From positions 28,458,001 through 28,522,000 of the forward strand of contig OZ281496.1 in NCBI GenBank assembly GCA_965637545.1: a stretch of DNA of 64,000 nucleotides. Direction: 5' to 3'. Source of the stretch: Phallusia mammillata. Taxonomy: Eukaryota. Below are positions 37,196 to 49,400 of this stretch, piece by piece. The translations under genes and the position numbers were made by a program. Each line of letters opens with the position of its first letter. Position 1 is the first letter of the stretch. The notes beneath the pieces were generated by a model, which saw only the letters and a list, made by a program, of their open reading frames with translations, was not told the DNA's origin and did not search any database.

Positions 37196-38529
37196 TGAAC
37201 GAGGTATTCTATATACACCACTATCTTGGCAGTAATGTTTGTGATTATACCTGACTTTGCTGCCAGCTTTATGTAAAAATATTATTTGCATAAAAATAAA
37301 AGATGTTTAAGAATCTAATGCAGCTATTCTAATCCTGTGTCTTGCGAGGGCTTTCCAAGTGTATCGCAAAGTATTGGTTTTTGCTATCATCTAATCGTGT
37401 TTAGGACCTAACAACAAAATTCTTCTGCGCATGACAACGATGGAACAAAATTGTGATGCCATTTGTTACCAAACAAAAGTCACTCATCATACCAAAACTG
37501 CGCATTAATTACAGAGTTTGTAAATTTGATTATTCTGACTCGCCTCCTCTTAAACACAAAGCGATTCAGAACTCACAGAAGTACTTTACAAGGGCTCCGA
37601 ATAGCTTGTAATTTGCTGCAAATATACCACGTTTACTACACCCTGACTTAACAACTCCTTACGATTTGACGATGTACTTCTGTTTAATTAGTTTTCTAAG
37701 GGCGTTAAGGGCTGTGGCAATATTCAGAATTGTGATGCCGCCCCGAGCACTTTGGCCGCAACTTCACTGTCAACTCGTGGTCCAATCAGGGCGCGGGTCA
37801 TGGTCTGACGTTACACGAAATGGGTAAATACAACCAACATGGTTGTGGTGTTCTGTAAAGTCTGAGAAAAACAGCCGTATTAAAACACTTTTGTCTGATC
37901 ATTTCTCTTAGTTGCTGTGTTACTGCATGTGTGTATAGTAGACAAGAAATTAACAATCATTTTTAACTGAAACATCCATTTTCAACGGTGCATCCTCATA
38001 CATTGGTTTAACTTTAAAAAAACACGCAGCGTATGACAAAGACAACTTAACCATTAAAAACTTTAGCAATAATGCTATAATTCAACAGCCGATAAATACG
38101 AACCAAAAGGTGCTTTTACAATCATTTTCGGTTCAGTGGAATTTTTGTAAAACAAGTATGTGATAAAAATCAAATATAAAAGCATCAATAAACGACCGTC
38201 GCGAGATTAAATAAGTTAAACCTCAACCACAACTTATTTTTAATATTGTACACAAAAATTGCCCCAAGCAGAAAAAACATAATGATCACTAAGTGTAGGC
38301 AAATATATGAAACACTCTTTACTTATTTGCATGTAAAGAATTTCCCAAAGTTTTACAATCTGTTTAAACCGGTGGTGAAAGTGGGTCAAAACCGACTCGT
38401 AAAGGTCAAGTTCAAATCAACCTGTTTTATTCAAGGTTTGCCCCGACTAACACGAGAACCAGACTAGACCCTACTACAATACCGGAGAGATCTACAGCTT
38501 TGACTTCAACGTTTTTGATGGTTTTCATG

Positions 38530-38724
38530 GGGTCCGAAGCCCGTATTTCATATTTGTGTATACGTCAGGTGACTCGGCCCACTCGGCGAAGTTCCTGCTT
38601 TAAAACTTTTTTCTTGTTTTTTTTTTCACGAGATTCGAACCCAGGACACTCCCGGGGACGAATCCCGATCAGGTTTTTATGTCTGTATGTGGGTCAGGCG
38701 CGCTGGACCATTCGGCCAAGTTCC
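38530..38724 (-). mobile_element. Tandem (dimeric) tRNA-derived SINE heads
   Basis: Two units starting GGAACT(T)GCCGA(A/G)TGG at 38724 and 38595. The first has B-box GGTTCGAATC and an A-rich tail. Confidence 0.55.
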
Positions 38725-39250
38725 TGCCCTTCCTGCTTTAAACCAGAAGTTCATTTCAATTGAAAACACAAGAGCGCCTCCAGCCGACAAAACTTCAACT
38801 AAAAGTCAAGCACTAGTAGACGCGTTTGGAACTATATGGACATCACCTTTGTTGACTTTTCGTGACGTACCCCTTTGGGTCAACACGAGTTCATTGCGCC
38901 ATAGTTATTGCACTGTGCAGCTGCAGTTAGATTGGCTGGCAGTTAAACATTAATAGGATGCCATGACTTAGGAAAAATGTACTATGATCGTTTTTGAACC
39001 GATATGTTAAGTTGAGTTTAGATTTTTTTCGCTCGGTGAAAGAAAACAAAGCGACACAAAATCATTAAAACGATTACCAAAATAGTTGAAACGATATAGA
39101 GCGCAAAACAGTGTAAAGCACAATTGGTTGATAATGGCTGAACGCGCTGCAGCTACACTGTATGGATTGAAACAGTTTCAGTATGGAGTTTTGGTAATTT
39201 AATTATTAAGCGTTAGGCTGGATACAAGTGCGCGACGTTGCGTGACAATA

Positions 39251-39598
39251 AATATTTGCCTTCATATTTGAACCAGTGGTTCCGCTTTTCCAAAAGCGTG
39301 CATCGAGCAATGTTATATTAGCTATGACAAAACATTGTCAAGCGACCAACAAGAGAGAATATGAGGTCATATAAAATTCGATTCATTTCTTAGTTTAAAG
39401 TTTGTATGTTTCTGAAAGTAAATAAAAATTATTTGCCTTTATGTTTAAACAAGTGGTTCTGCTTTCGAAAAGCGTGCAGCGGCCATTGTAATACCAGCAA
39501 TTGAAAATCTTTGTCAAGCGACCAGCGAGAGAATGGCAACTCACGTAAAATACATTCATTTCTGAGTTTAAAGTTTGTTTGTTTCTGAAAATAAATAA
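39251..39598. repeat. Diverged tandem duplication of about 175 bp upstream of JAK-A
   Basis: Blocks agtggttc..aaaagcgtgca, tgtcaagcgacca and ttcatttct.agtttaaagtttgt.tgtttctgaaa.taaataa recur in the same order about 175 bp apart. Confidence 0.8.
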
Positions 39599-39651
39599 CA
39601 GTTGGGAAATGTTGGTAAATATATTTTATCGCCACAGTGACAATGTAAGTG

Positions 39652-39656
<5 letters not shown>

Positions 39657-39686
<30 letters not shown>
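39657..39686. repeat. (GT)15 microsatellite
   Basis: Direct read. Confidence 0.95.
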
Positions 39687-39688
<2 letters not shown>

Positions 39689-40690
39689 TTTTCAATGTGA
39701 ATTAACGCAAATAACGTTGAATATAAATTCAATCATTGGTACGTGCGCGTGCCATTAGTTAGTAAATATTGATCAATTCGGTTGGTCGTGTAACAAAGGC
39801 TAACACAAGTGTAGTTTTCTGCACCTTGTTTTCGCATATAGGAGTATACACTGCAGTATACCCAATGCGATAAGAATCTGTAGCAATACGATCCCTAAAA
39901 AAACAGTTTTGTTTGCAAATTTTCTACAATAGAGTTATAGAGCTGACGTAGCGCTTTTAAGCCAAAGCCCTGCAGAATATTGAGTTGTACTTACATTTTA
40001 GTTCTAAACCTTAACATGGAAGCTTGGATTTCGCAGCAGAGAAAAATCTAATAAGCGGTGTATGAAGATGTTTTGAATCAAAAATATACTCATGTAGAAA
40101 ATATCTTTACCCAAGAACACTGAATGTGCTTGTTATTATATAAGGGTGATTCCAGCAGATACGAACAAATAAGCTTAACGGCACTCATAAATCAGTATGC
40201 AAGAGCAGACCGCGATTGTTAATCCCGATTTAGATTTAACGATACTTTTTTTTGTAACATCAAAGGCAAGCATTATTGATTTTTCCATAGAGAGGTAAAC
40301 AGGACCTAAAAATGCCAATTGTGTGCTGAAATCGATATCTTTATGTCGTTCAATAATGCACAGATTGTTACCATGTGCTAAAATCTTCAGCTGTTCTATC
40401 AAAACTAAAAAGCTATTAATACGATAGATTAGATTACCGACTTAAACGTAAATGTTCCAACAAATCTCAAACGAAAAATATGGTGCAGTTGCTACACATA
40501 TTTTGTCCGATAAGTCGGATAAATGTTTTAATACTGCCGGTAGAGCGAAAAGAGATGTTATATTTTTTCGGCTTACATGAGCCATAACGGTGGACTGATA
40601 ATGCCAGCGACATTGTGTTACTAAAACTTACTTTATCTATTTAGGTGTAATGTTTGTTATCATGTAAAATATCTGTGACACTTGATTACT

Positions 40691-43600
40691 ATGGCAAGTA
40701 CTGCAACGCTCCGTATCAAGCTGTTTCGATCTGACACAAGCTGGCTTAAAAATAACCGTAAGGAGCCGGTCCAACGACTGTTGCAGGATTCAATCGAGCA
40801 AGTAGTCACAGAGGAATCAAGTTCAACTTTCGAAAAGGTTCTTACTGATTGCGCTGAAATATGCAGTATCACGCCTATCTATTTGCCGCTTTTCGGGCTA
40901 AAGAATAAGAAAACTTCGCACTGGACGAACCTGGCTTCAACGATACAAAGTTATCTTCAGGAGCAGAGTACGGATGATAGCGATTCGTTGAGTTTATTGT
41001 CTACAGTGTTGGAACTGGAATTCAGAATCCGGTTCCAGTTTAAAGGTGATGCTTTCCGGGTGTCCGAAGAAAACGGAAATACATATCCGGTATACGACCG
41101 GACATTGATTTATCTTTTTCATCAGCATCGGGAAGACTTCCGTTTTGGGCGGCTAAAATTTCACGAACGCACTTCAGAGGACGGAGACAAAAACAACTTA
41201 GGACTAGCTGCATTTGACTTGTTAAGGCTGGGACGTGAGGCAAAACTTGATTATCCCGAAGTGAAGAATAGTGTAAAGTTGAAAAGGCTTCTATCGTGCA
41301 GTTATAATGATATCGTATCGTCCAGAAATGGGTTGCAGATGTTATCAGTGAAGCAAATATTGGTAAAGAGGAGATTCGACAATTACCTGATGCAGTTAAA
41401 GACACGCTACAAGCAATCGACAGAAAGCCTACGCGACCAACTGTATTTTCATCATAAATACGTGAACACCCTGGAAGGTCTGTTGCAATTTAATTATGCG
41501 GAAAGTTACGATGTCATTCCGCAAACAGAAGACCCAGACGAATGTGTAAAAGTGTCTGTTGGGCCATACCTCGAAGTCGTCAAGCATTCTGCAAACGATA
41601 CGGTTGGTTCGCAGTGGTGCAAACTTTCGGACCTTGTATGCATCAACATTGCTGAAAAGAATGCATACTGGACAGTGACATTGGTTCATTTCAGTGGTGA
41701 AACACTGTCTGTAGATCTGGCTTCAAAGTGGGAAGCCGAAGGACTGGTCTCTTGCATCGACGGTTACAACTATCTTCTGGTCGATCCACATTACTACTTG
41801 TGCAAGTCGGTTTGCCGACCTTCGCTTGTTGAGCAAATAAGGCTTTCCTGCCATGGATGTATTTCTTTTGCGCTGGCTTCCCATCTACTAAAGAATCATC
41901 CCAATCCCAGAACCGGAGACTGTATATTAAGATGCAGCAGCGACGAATTCCAAGCTTACTTCATCACTACGATCTCTCAACTCGAACAAGATGGACAAAA
42001 CTTGATCAAAAACTTCAAAATTGCTCGCGATGCAAACGGTTTTGGAATATATGGAGCGGAGAGCCGCCATGAAACTTTGGCCAGTTTGCTTGAAGAGTAC
42101 AAAGATGGTTACGCGAGCAGGATGCAGTTTGAAATTTCGCGGTTGCGACATCCGTTGGTCAAGCAGCAATGTTCAATTTTAGTTCACAAAGGCAAAGAGA
42201 TCAACCCGATTACTACATCCGAACCTACCGAGGTTCCATTAATTTCTCAAGATGCTTACTCTTATGTTGAAAAACTAGGAGGTGGAATGTTTTCGGATGT
42301 TATTCTCCACAAGGATGAAGCCAACAAACTTGTTGTTATCAAACAGATGATTGAGGTTTCGGACTACGGAATACGTCAACACGTTCAGAAATCATTCCAA
42401 GATTCAAGGATCCGCTTCAAACAGCTCAACAACTTCATGGAGGCTGGCCAAAACAAAAGCAAACACATTTTGCAAATTCTTAGTTTTTCTATGCACACAA
42501 ACGTCGTTCTCGAGTACATGCCTTTGGGCTCGATAACAGATCATCTGAGAAAACGCAAAGAATCCCTTGACCAGGATTTGACGTTGCACTTCGTAAGACA
42601 ACTTGCTCATGCCTGCGCATACATGGAAGAAAAAGACATAGAACATGGAAACATCAGAGCTAAGAATATCCTTCTAAAGGGCGACGCCAAATGGCCTTTG
42701 GTTAAGCTTAGTGACCCTGGTGTCACTACATACAAAGTGCATTGCAGTGAGAGTGCACCTGTGCTTAAACCTCCCTGGGTGGCTTATGAGTTTTGCAACG
42801 TGGATGAGATGCCAAAGTCCTGCACACCAACAGTGAGCGGTGACAAGTGGAGCTTTGCCACAACTGTGTGCGAGATTTACTACTGGAAAGAGAACTTTGA
42901 CTCGCGACAAACGGCGCACGAAATGACAACAGAAATGAGACTGAGATACAAAACTCAATCTGTGGTTACGCTGCCTGAGTTTTTAACAGAAAATCGGTTC
43001 CTTTCTCTGCGTGATCTGCTGATAAAATGCTGGAGAATTTGTCCCGAAACCCGGCCCAGCTTTAAGGAGATTTTACATGAAATTGCTTCTGCTTCTGAAA
43101 GTTTTCATTTTGACGGTGTTGAATCAACCGAAGACGAAACATTCGAAGCACAGTGCCGCTATCCAGCCGCATATGACGATGAGAAATTGAACGTTGTAAA
43201 GGAGCTTGGAGCTGGATATTATGGTCGTGTAGAGCTGTGTCAGTACATATCTAACGGCCACAAGGAAGAAGTAGCGGTCAAATCTATCAGCAACAGCGGA
43301 AACTCGTATTGCAACCGAGACGTATTTTACGAAATCCAGGCAATGCAAAAAGTCGACCATCGTCATGTGGCAAAGCTTAAAGGTGTTACAAGCCCGTCCT
43401 ACAGATTAGTGATGGAGTATTTGGAACAAGGTGACTTAAAGGCCTTTCTCAAGAAGAGAAAAGCGGCTGGTACACGGCTTGAGCAGCTCTTGCATCTACT
43501 TTGCCAGTTTGCAAGTCAGATCACTCAAGGCATGCAAGCTTTGCAGGAGCAACGACTTATTCATCGTGATCTAGCTTTGCGGAATATATTGCTCGCGAGG

Positions 43601-44044
43601 GATGCCGTACACACGCCATTGTACGTTAAGATTTCGGACTTTGGTTTGTCGCGAGTTATCGGTGAAAATTCGTTCTATTATAAGCAAAACACCAATGGTA
43701 TGCCTGTGCCTTGGTTTGCTCCCGAATGTTTAGCGGGCAGGTATGATTCCCTTTACTCAGATTTGTGGTCCTTTGGAGTTACAGCGTGGGAAATGTTCTC
43801 GTACGGACAACACCCGGATTACAATGTTTCCAGGAATATCCCCCGCCTACAAGAACTATTATACAACGGATATAGGCTACCCAAGCCGGAAGGGTGCCCA
43901 CAAAGAATCTATGGCGTCATTTTGGAGTGTTGGAACTTCAAGCCCTCACGAAGACCAAAATTCGCTGAGTTACAAAACCGATTTGACGCACTTGCTATCG
44001 ACGTAGCCAACGGACTGTTCGAGCAGAATAGTGTTGAAAACTAA
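40691..44044 (+). CDS. JAK: Janus kinase, paralog A (single coding exon, 1117 aa)
   Basis: FERM (LFGL, LEFRIRF, YLFHQHREDF), SH2-like (ILRCSSDEF), pseudokinase (HGNIRAKNILL, KLSDPG, PWVAYE) and kinase (GAGYYG, VAVK, HRDLALRN, DFG, activation-loop YY, WFAPE). An acceptor tttag at about 40645 precedes the ATG at 40691. Confidence 0.95.
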   Translation: MASTATLRIKLFRSDTSWLKNNRKEPVQRLLQDSIEQVVTEESSSTFEKVLTDCAEICSITPIYLPLFGLKNKKTSHWTNLASTIQSYLQEQSTDDSDSLSLLSTVLELEFRIRFQFKGDAFRVSEENGNTYPVYDRTLIYLFHQHREDFRFGRLKFHERTSEDGDKNNLGLAAFDLLRLGREAKLDYPEVKNSVKLKRLLSCSYNDIVSSRNGLQMLSVKQILVKRRFDNYLMQLKTRYKQSTESLRDQLYFHHKYVNTLEGLLQFNYAESYDVIPQTEDPDECVKVSVGPYLEVVKHSANDTVGSQWCKLSDLVCINIAEKNAYWTVTLVHFSGETLSVDLASKWEAEGLVSCIDGYNYLLVDPHYYLCKSVCRPSLVEQIRLSCHGCISFALASHLLKNHPNPRTGDCILRCSSDEFQAYFITTISQLEQDGQNLIKNFKIARDANGFGIYGAESRHETLASLLEEYKDGYASRMQFEISRLRHPLVKQQCSILVHKGKEINPITTSEPTEVPLISQDAYSYVEKLGGGMFSDVILHKDEANKLVVIKQMIEVSDYGIRQHVQKSFQDSRIRFKQLNNFMEAGQNKSKHILQILSFSMHTNVVLEYMPLGSITDHLRKRKESLDQDLTLHFVRQLAHACAYMEEKDIEHGNIRAKNILLKGDAKWPLVKLSDPGVTTYKVHCSESAPVLKPPWVAYEFCNVDEMPKSCTPTVSGDKWSFATTVCEIYYWKENFDSRQTAHEMTTEMRLRYKTQSVVTLPEFLTENRFLSLRDLLIKCWRICPETRPSFKEILHEIASASESFHFDGVESTEDETFEAQCRYPAAYDDEKLNVVKELGAGYYGRVELCQYISNGHKEEVAVKSISNSGNSYCNRDVFYEIQAMQKVDHRHVAKLKGVTSPSYRLVMEYLEQGDLKAFLKKRKAAGTRLEQLLHLLCQFASQITQGMQALQEQRLIHRDLALRNILLARDAVHTPLYVKISDFGLSRVIGENSFYYKQNTNGMPVPWFAPECLAGRYDSLYSDLWSFGVTAWEMFSYGQHPDYNVSRNIPRLQELLYNGYRLPKPEGCPQRIYGVILECWNFKPSRRPKFAELQNRFDALAIDVANGLFEQNSVEN

Positions 44045-45827
44045 ACTTACCCTTTGCAACCGTTCTTGTGCGTTCGACGCAATGCTTTAACGAGTTACTG
44101 AACATAGCAAACCTTAATCGTAAACTTTTTATGGTGGGTTTCGTTGTTGCACGCAAAGCGCAAACAAAAATGTTCATTTTGTTACTGCTTTTAGTGACTT
44201 GCTACATGCGCCTTTGTATATGACCTCAACTGTTCCTGTTTCAAAATGATTATGTACCTAACAATTAATTGTGCGCAGTGTTTCGTTCCACGATTTGGCT
44301 TCTAGCCAATTAAAATGTTTCATGGTTATAAATTATTAACTAAATAATTTAACAAGACCTTTTATGCCATGTACGTATTGTTTTCATTTATTAAGACCTT
44401 ATACTTGTTTAAAATATCAGTGGAATTTATTTGTAGCAATTTGATGCCTTTGTTGCGTTTTACTCATGACTAAATTGGTTCAGCAAAATCGTTTTCCTAA
44501 TTAAATTAGTTTTACTATTTGCATTATTTCCAGCTCTCCATTTCGTTGCCAATTTTTTTGATATTTGGTTAAAAGTCGAACCGAAAGCATTTTTATGGCA
44601 GATGTAGGCTAAAGTGTAGATACAAAGCCTGTATCTACAGAATCTCCCTACTTACAGATTCCCTCAAAGTAAACTTAATTCAACGTAATTCCCCTCAGAT
44701 AGAGTAAATACATTCGAAAAAAGTGTAGTCACAGAACAACCAACCATCTATGTCTACATATAGGCTATAGCGCTCCGTTTGCTAAATAAACAAACTGTGG
44801 AATGTTATTTTCTTGCTAGAACGAAAACGTTGAGGTCGCCTAAGGGTTAATAAACTCAACTAGGGCTCAAGCTACATTGGGTTATATAATCATGAGTATA
44901 CATTGGTGTAAAATAGCTTGAATTATCTATGATTTGTCACAACTGTAATGTGAGTTAAAGATAAATTTGCACAAAATAAATAAATTAAAGCTATTTTCAT
45001 CGTTAATCAATGTGACAATATTGATATTTACTAAAATGCGGCAAAAATTTTCTACACATCATATTTAAAACAACAGACTGTCTGCCCCGTAGAAACCTTG
45101 TTTATTCAATATTATATGTTCTCAAGTTTCTTTGTTTAAACAGACTGGAGTGGGTAAAAATCTGTGCGAGATTTACACAACAGGTCCGCGTTCCAGCTGC
45201 AGGTATAAATATACAACTGCAAAACATGTTTAATCAATATATGAGCTCTGTGTAAGTTAGGCATCCAATAACACAAATAGAACGATGGAAACAATTTAAA
45301 AAACGGGTACGTTAAGCAGACCAAACCACTTGAGTTAGTGGGCACATTATAACAAGTGTGCAAACACCAACGCTGAGACACGTCCGTTAATTTTTTTGGT
45401 TTAAAACTTTTATGTGAGTATGTTAGGTCAGACTTACAAAGACGAGCCAAGCGCTGTACATAGTGAGTAGAGTAAACCCGTCTCCGCTGGCAAGATTGGG
45501 TGTACTCCCGCCGCCCTATCACTACATAGCGTTCGACGCAGCTCATTTGAGACCACCGCGAGATGATGCGTTTTAGCAATATATATTCGTCACGGTTCTC
45601 TTTTGACCTGAAAAAATGAAAACAGAAAAATTGGCAGTTGGCGATTGGCACAGCATTTTAGTAAAGTTATACTGTTTATGACGGTTAGTTCGGTAATTCG
45701 GTTGATTTCATTTATTTTAGAGGTTTTACACAAAGTTCAAACTCGTAGAACAAATTAGTTTTCATCAAGTTTGAACATCCATACTATTTACATTTTGGAT
45801 GATCGATGAACACATAACAGAAAAAAG

Positions 45828-46259
45828 GGGTGTATGTAAATACCGCTGTGACCGCTGTGGCCAGCCTGTACACACTTTCTAAATGCTGTGGCCAACCTGT
45901 AAATACTGCGTGACCGCTGTGGCCAACCTGTATATACTGCATGACCGCTGTGGCAACCTGTAAATACCGCGTGGCCGCTGTGGTCAACCTGTATAGGTAA
46001 ATGAGACCCGATTGAAGTGTTATATATTTCCAATACAAACCCTCACCCTAACCCCACTAGCACTAACCGTCAACACTTGTGTTAAAAAATGGTCACAGCG
46101 GTCACGCAGTATTTACAGGTTGGCCACAGCGGTCACGCAGTATTTACAGGTTGGCCACAGCAGTCACGTAGTATTTACAGGTTGGCCACGGCATTTAGAA
46201 AGTGTGTACAGGCTGGCCACGGGCTGGCCACAGCGGTCAAGTGGTATTTACATACACCC
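45828..46259. mobile_element. Mutator/foldback-type non-autonomous element
   Basis: Perfect 17-bp outer TIR GGGTGTATGTAAATACC. Long arms are built of about 29-bp subrepeats (tgaccgctgtggccaacctgtaaatac) in inverted orientation. Perfect 9-bp TSD AGAAAAAAG (45819-45827, 46260-46268). Confidence 0.85.
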
Positions 46260-46446
46260 AGAAAAAAGTGGTGTTTAAATGATTACTTTCAGATTGATAT
46301 CATTTACTTTTTCAAGGCATAAGCACATTAAACATTTATGACTGCAAATGTCATTCAAAGAAATTTTATTAAATGTACAAAGTTTTTAGCAGTTATTCTC
46401 ATTTAACGGCATATCTTTTTTATTTGAATGTTTTATACAGAAAAAC

Positions 46447-49400
46447 ATGGATAATGACAATCAAAGAGAGATTAAAATTGTTGTAAAACTTTTTCAAACT
46501 GATTCAAATGCTGAAGATGGGGGAACAGTTTATCAAAAACATTTGGTGAATTCTACAACTGTTACCATTAGTCAACCAGCTGATGCAACATTGGAAACTG
46601 TTTTTCAAGCTTGTGCTGAAAAGTGTCAGATAAGCCCAATTTACATATCATTGTTTGGGCTTAAAGACAGTGACACAGGTTTATGGGTAAACTTCGCTTG
46701 TACAATTTCAAGTTACATTGCAAGAAAGAAAAATTTTGATTCTTTACACTTGGAGTTTCGTGTTCGGTATATTTTCACAAATGATTGTCCAGGAACTACT
46801 GGCCAGCAGCATCTTGCATATCGCTTTTCAGTGGAAAATGGCAGAAAACATGATGTAATGAATGATACTGTTCTGCGTTATTTATTCTTCCAACAACGTG
46901 ATGATTTCAGAGAAGGAAAATTAAAAATTTCTGAAAACGTTTTGGACGAAGACAGCGCAAATCTAGGCATTGCAGTATTAGATTTGCTTAGGCTAGCTTG
47001 TGAGCTGCAAAAGGATTTGCGAACTGTTGTTGATCATGTTTCATTGAAAAAGATGGTTTCACGAAGTTATGCTGATTGGTTGTCCACCAGACACATGCTG
47101 AGAAAAATTATGATCAAACATAGATTTCAACACTATGTCGGTCACTTTGAAGAAAGATACAGGCAGTGCCTTGATGCTAGGTCAACCGCTCTTTATTTTC
47201 ATATTAAATATTTAAAGAACTTAGAGATACTGATGGGTTCTCAGAATGTCGAAGAGTATGCAGTTGTTTCTAAGTCACAGGATCCTGATGAATGCAATAA
47301 AATTTCCATTGGTCCATACTGTGAAATTGTAAAGCACTCAAACTCACAAATGACAGGTTCTAAATGGTGTGGTTTTTCTGATTTAGCTGATTTAAAACTG
47401 ACATCAAAGGAAGTAAATGGGGTAGATTGCTGGACGGTTACTCTTGTGCATATCAGTGGTGATGTTTTGTCTGTGGTTCTTGCTTCCTTGGCTGAAGCAG
47501 AAAGCCTTGCATCATGTATTGACGGATACTATCATCTGCTTGTTGATACTCATCACTATTTATGCAAGCAAGTTTGTAGACCTTCTCTGGTTGAGGAGTT
47601 GTCTATGTCTTGTCATGGTCCAATTTCTTCATCATTTAGCACCTATATCTTGAAAAAGCTTTCAAGGTCAGAAGTCGGTGATTGTCTGCTTAGACGCAGT
47701 CATGAAAAGTTTGGTGAATATTTTATCAATGCAATTGATATGATTAGCCACACAAACCGAGAAGTCACCGTAAGAAATTATAAATTGGACAGGGCCAGTG
47801 GCTTGTTAGGTGAAACTCCCACTGAAGATTCAAGACCCAATGGTTTAGCTGGATTGCTGGAAGAATTTCAAAATCACCATGGCAACAATTTGCCTTTTAA
47901 CATCAAAAGGCTTGTTTATCCTGCAGTTGGACAACCCAATGCTTTGCTGATCCACAGAGAAAATATTGAAACCAGAGGTGCTGCTGATTCTCACACTGAC
48001 ATGACAATCATCCCTCAGGGCGCATACAAGTTTCAAAAACATCTGGGTGGTGGAAGGTTTACAGAAGTTACCTTATGTTCCAAAAGAGATCAAAGAAGTG
48101 ATGAAGTGGTCGTCAAAAAAGTGTATGAATCTGAAGACCCAGGCTTACAGCAGAGCATTGAAAGCTCATTTGAAGACTCAATGATAAAGTTTCGACAGCT
48201 CAACAACTGGATGGATGTGGAAGGTAAAAATAAGAATATTTATATTGTTCAGCTGAAGGGAACAATTATGAGCAAGCATCTTGTTCTTGAATATGTACCA
48301 CATGGCTCAATTGTAAAGTATGCACAGCAAAACAGGGAATTTCCAGGTGCTGAGTGGATTATGTCGGTTATTTGGCAGCTTGCTCATGCATGTGCATACC
48401 TCGAAAGTAAAAATTGTGCCCATGGCAATATTCGTGGAAAAAATGTGCTTTTGAAACATACTGGGGACCATCCTTTTATCAAACTTGGTGATCCTGGTGT
48501 TCGGACATGTCAAAGGAACCTTAACAACAAGATAGTTGTCGAACCAAGTCTTTCTGCACCCTGGCTGGCTTATGAATATTGTTTGGTTGATTTTATGCCT
48601 TCCACAGCCATTCCTAGTATTAATGGTGACAAATGGAGCTTTGCAACAACAGTATGTGAAATATGTCATTGGAGTTTGTCCAGTAGTTTCTGCAGGCCTG
48701 AAAACGCTTATGGTCTCAAACCAAATCTTAAAGAAAGGTTCCGAGATCAAGAACAACCAGTTGTTTCACTTCCAGACATGTTAATGGCACCAGAGTTAAA
48801 AACAGTTAGAAATCTGCTGATGAAATGCTGGAGTATTTGGCCTGAAAACAGACCGGCCTTCAGACACATTCTTCGGGAACTTGGTGCAGTTTCAAGCAAC
48901 TTTGACTACCAAAATGTAGAACTTCCACAAACTGCGCCAGAGGAAATTCTACCCGACTTGGATGTATATGATGACCAAAATTTGATGACAGTGCGTTCTT
49001 TGGGAAATGGGCATTTTGGTTACGTTGACTTGTGTCAGTATGACAGGTATCGTAATGGTCAAAATGAACCAGTGGCTGTAAAGTCACTTATTCGGAACGC
49101 TAACAACCAGAAGTACCGCAATATTTTGTACAATGAAATCCAGACAATGCGCCAAATCAATCATCGCTATGTGGTAAAACTGAAAGGAGTTACATTCCCA
49201 TCTGTAAGGATTGTAATGGAGTACCTTGCATGTGGCCCTTTGGGAAAATATCTCCGGGACAACAGTGGAAAAATGCCTCTTCAAAGTTTGTTTCATCAAC
49301 TGTATGTCTTTTCGAGTCAAATTTCAGATGGAATGCAAGCCTTGCAAGAGCATCGACTGATACATCGTGACCTAGCGCTCAGAAATATATTGCTTAATCG

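Noticed and set aside
43828-43836. STAT (GAS) site TTCCAGGAA as JAK autoregulation
   Set aside because: It lies within coding sequence, and a single 9-mer is expected by chance.
45136-45651. 171-aa minus-strand ORF between the JAKs
   Set aside because: No recognisable domain or linked exons; the CpG-rich patch is better explained as the JAK-B promoter region.
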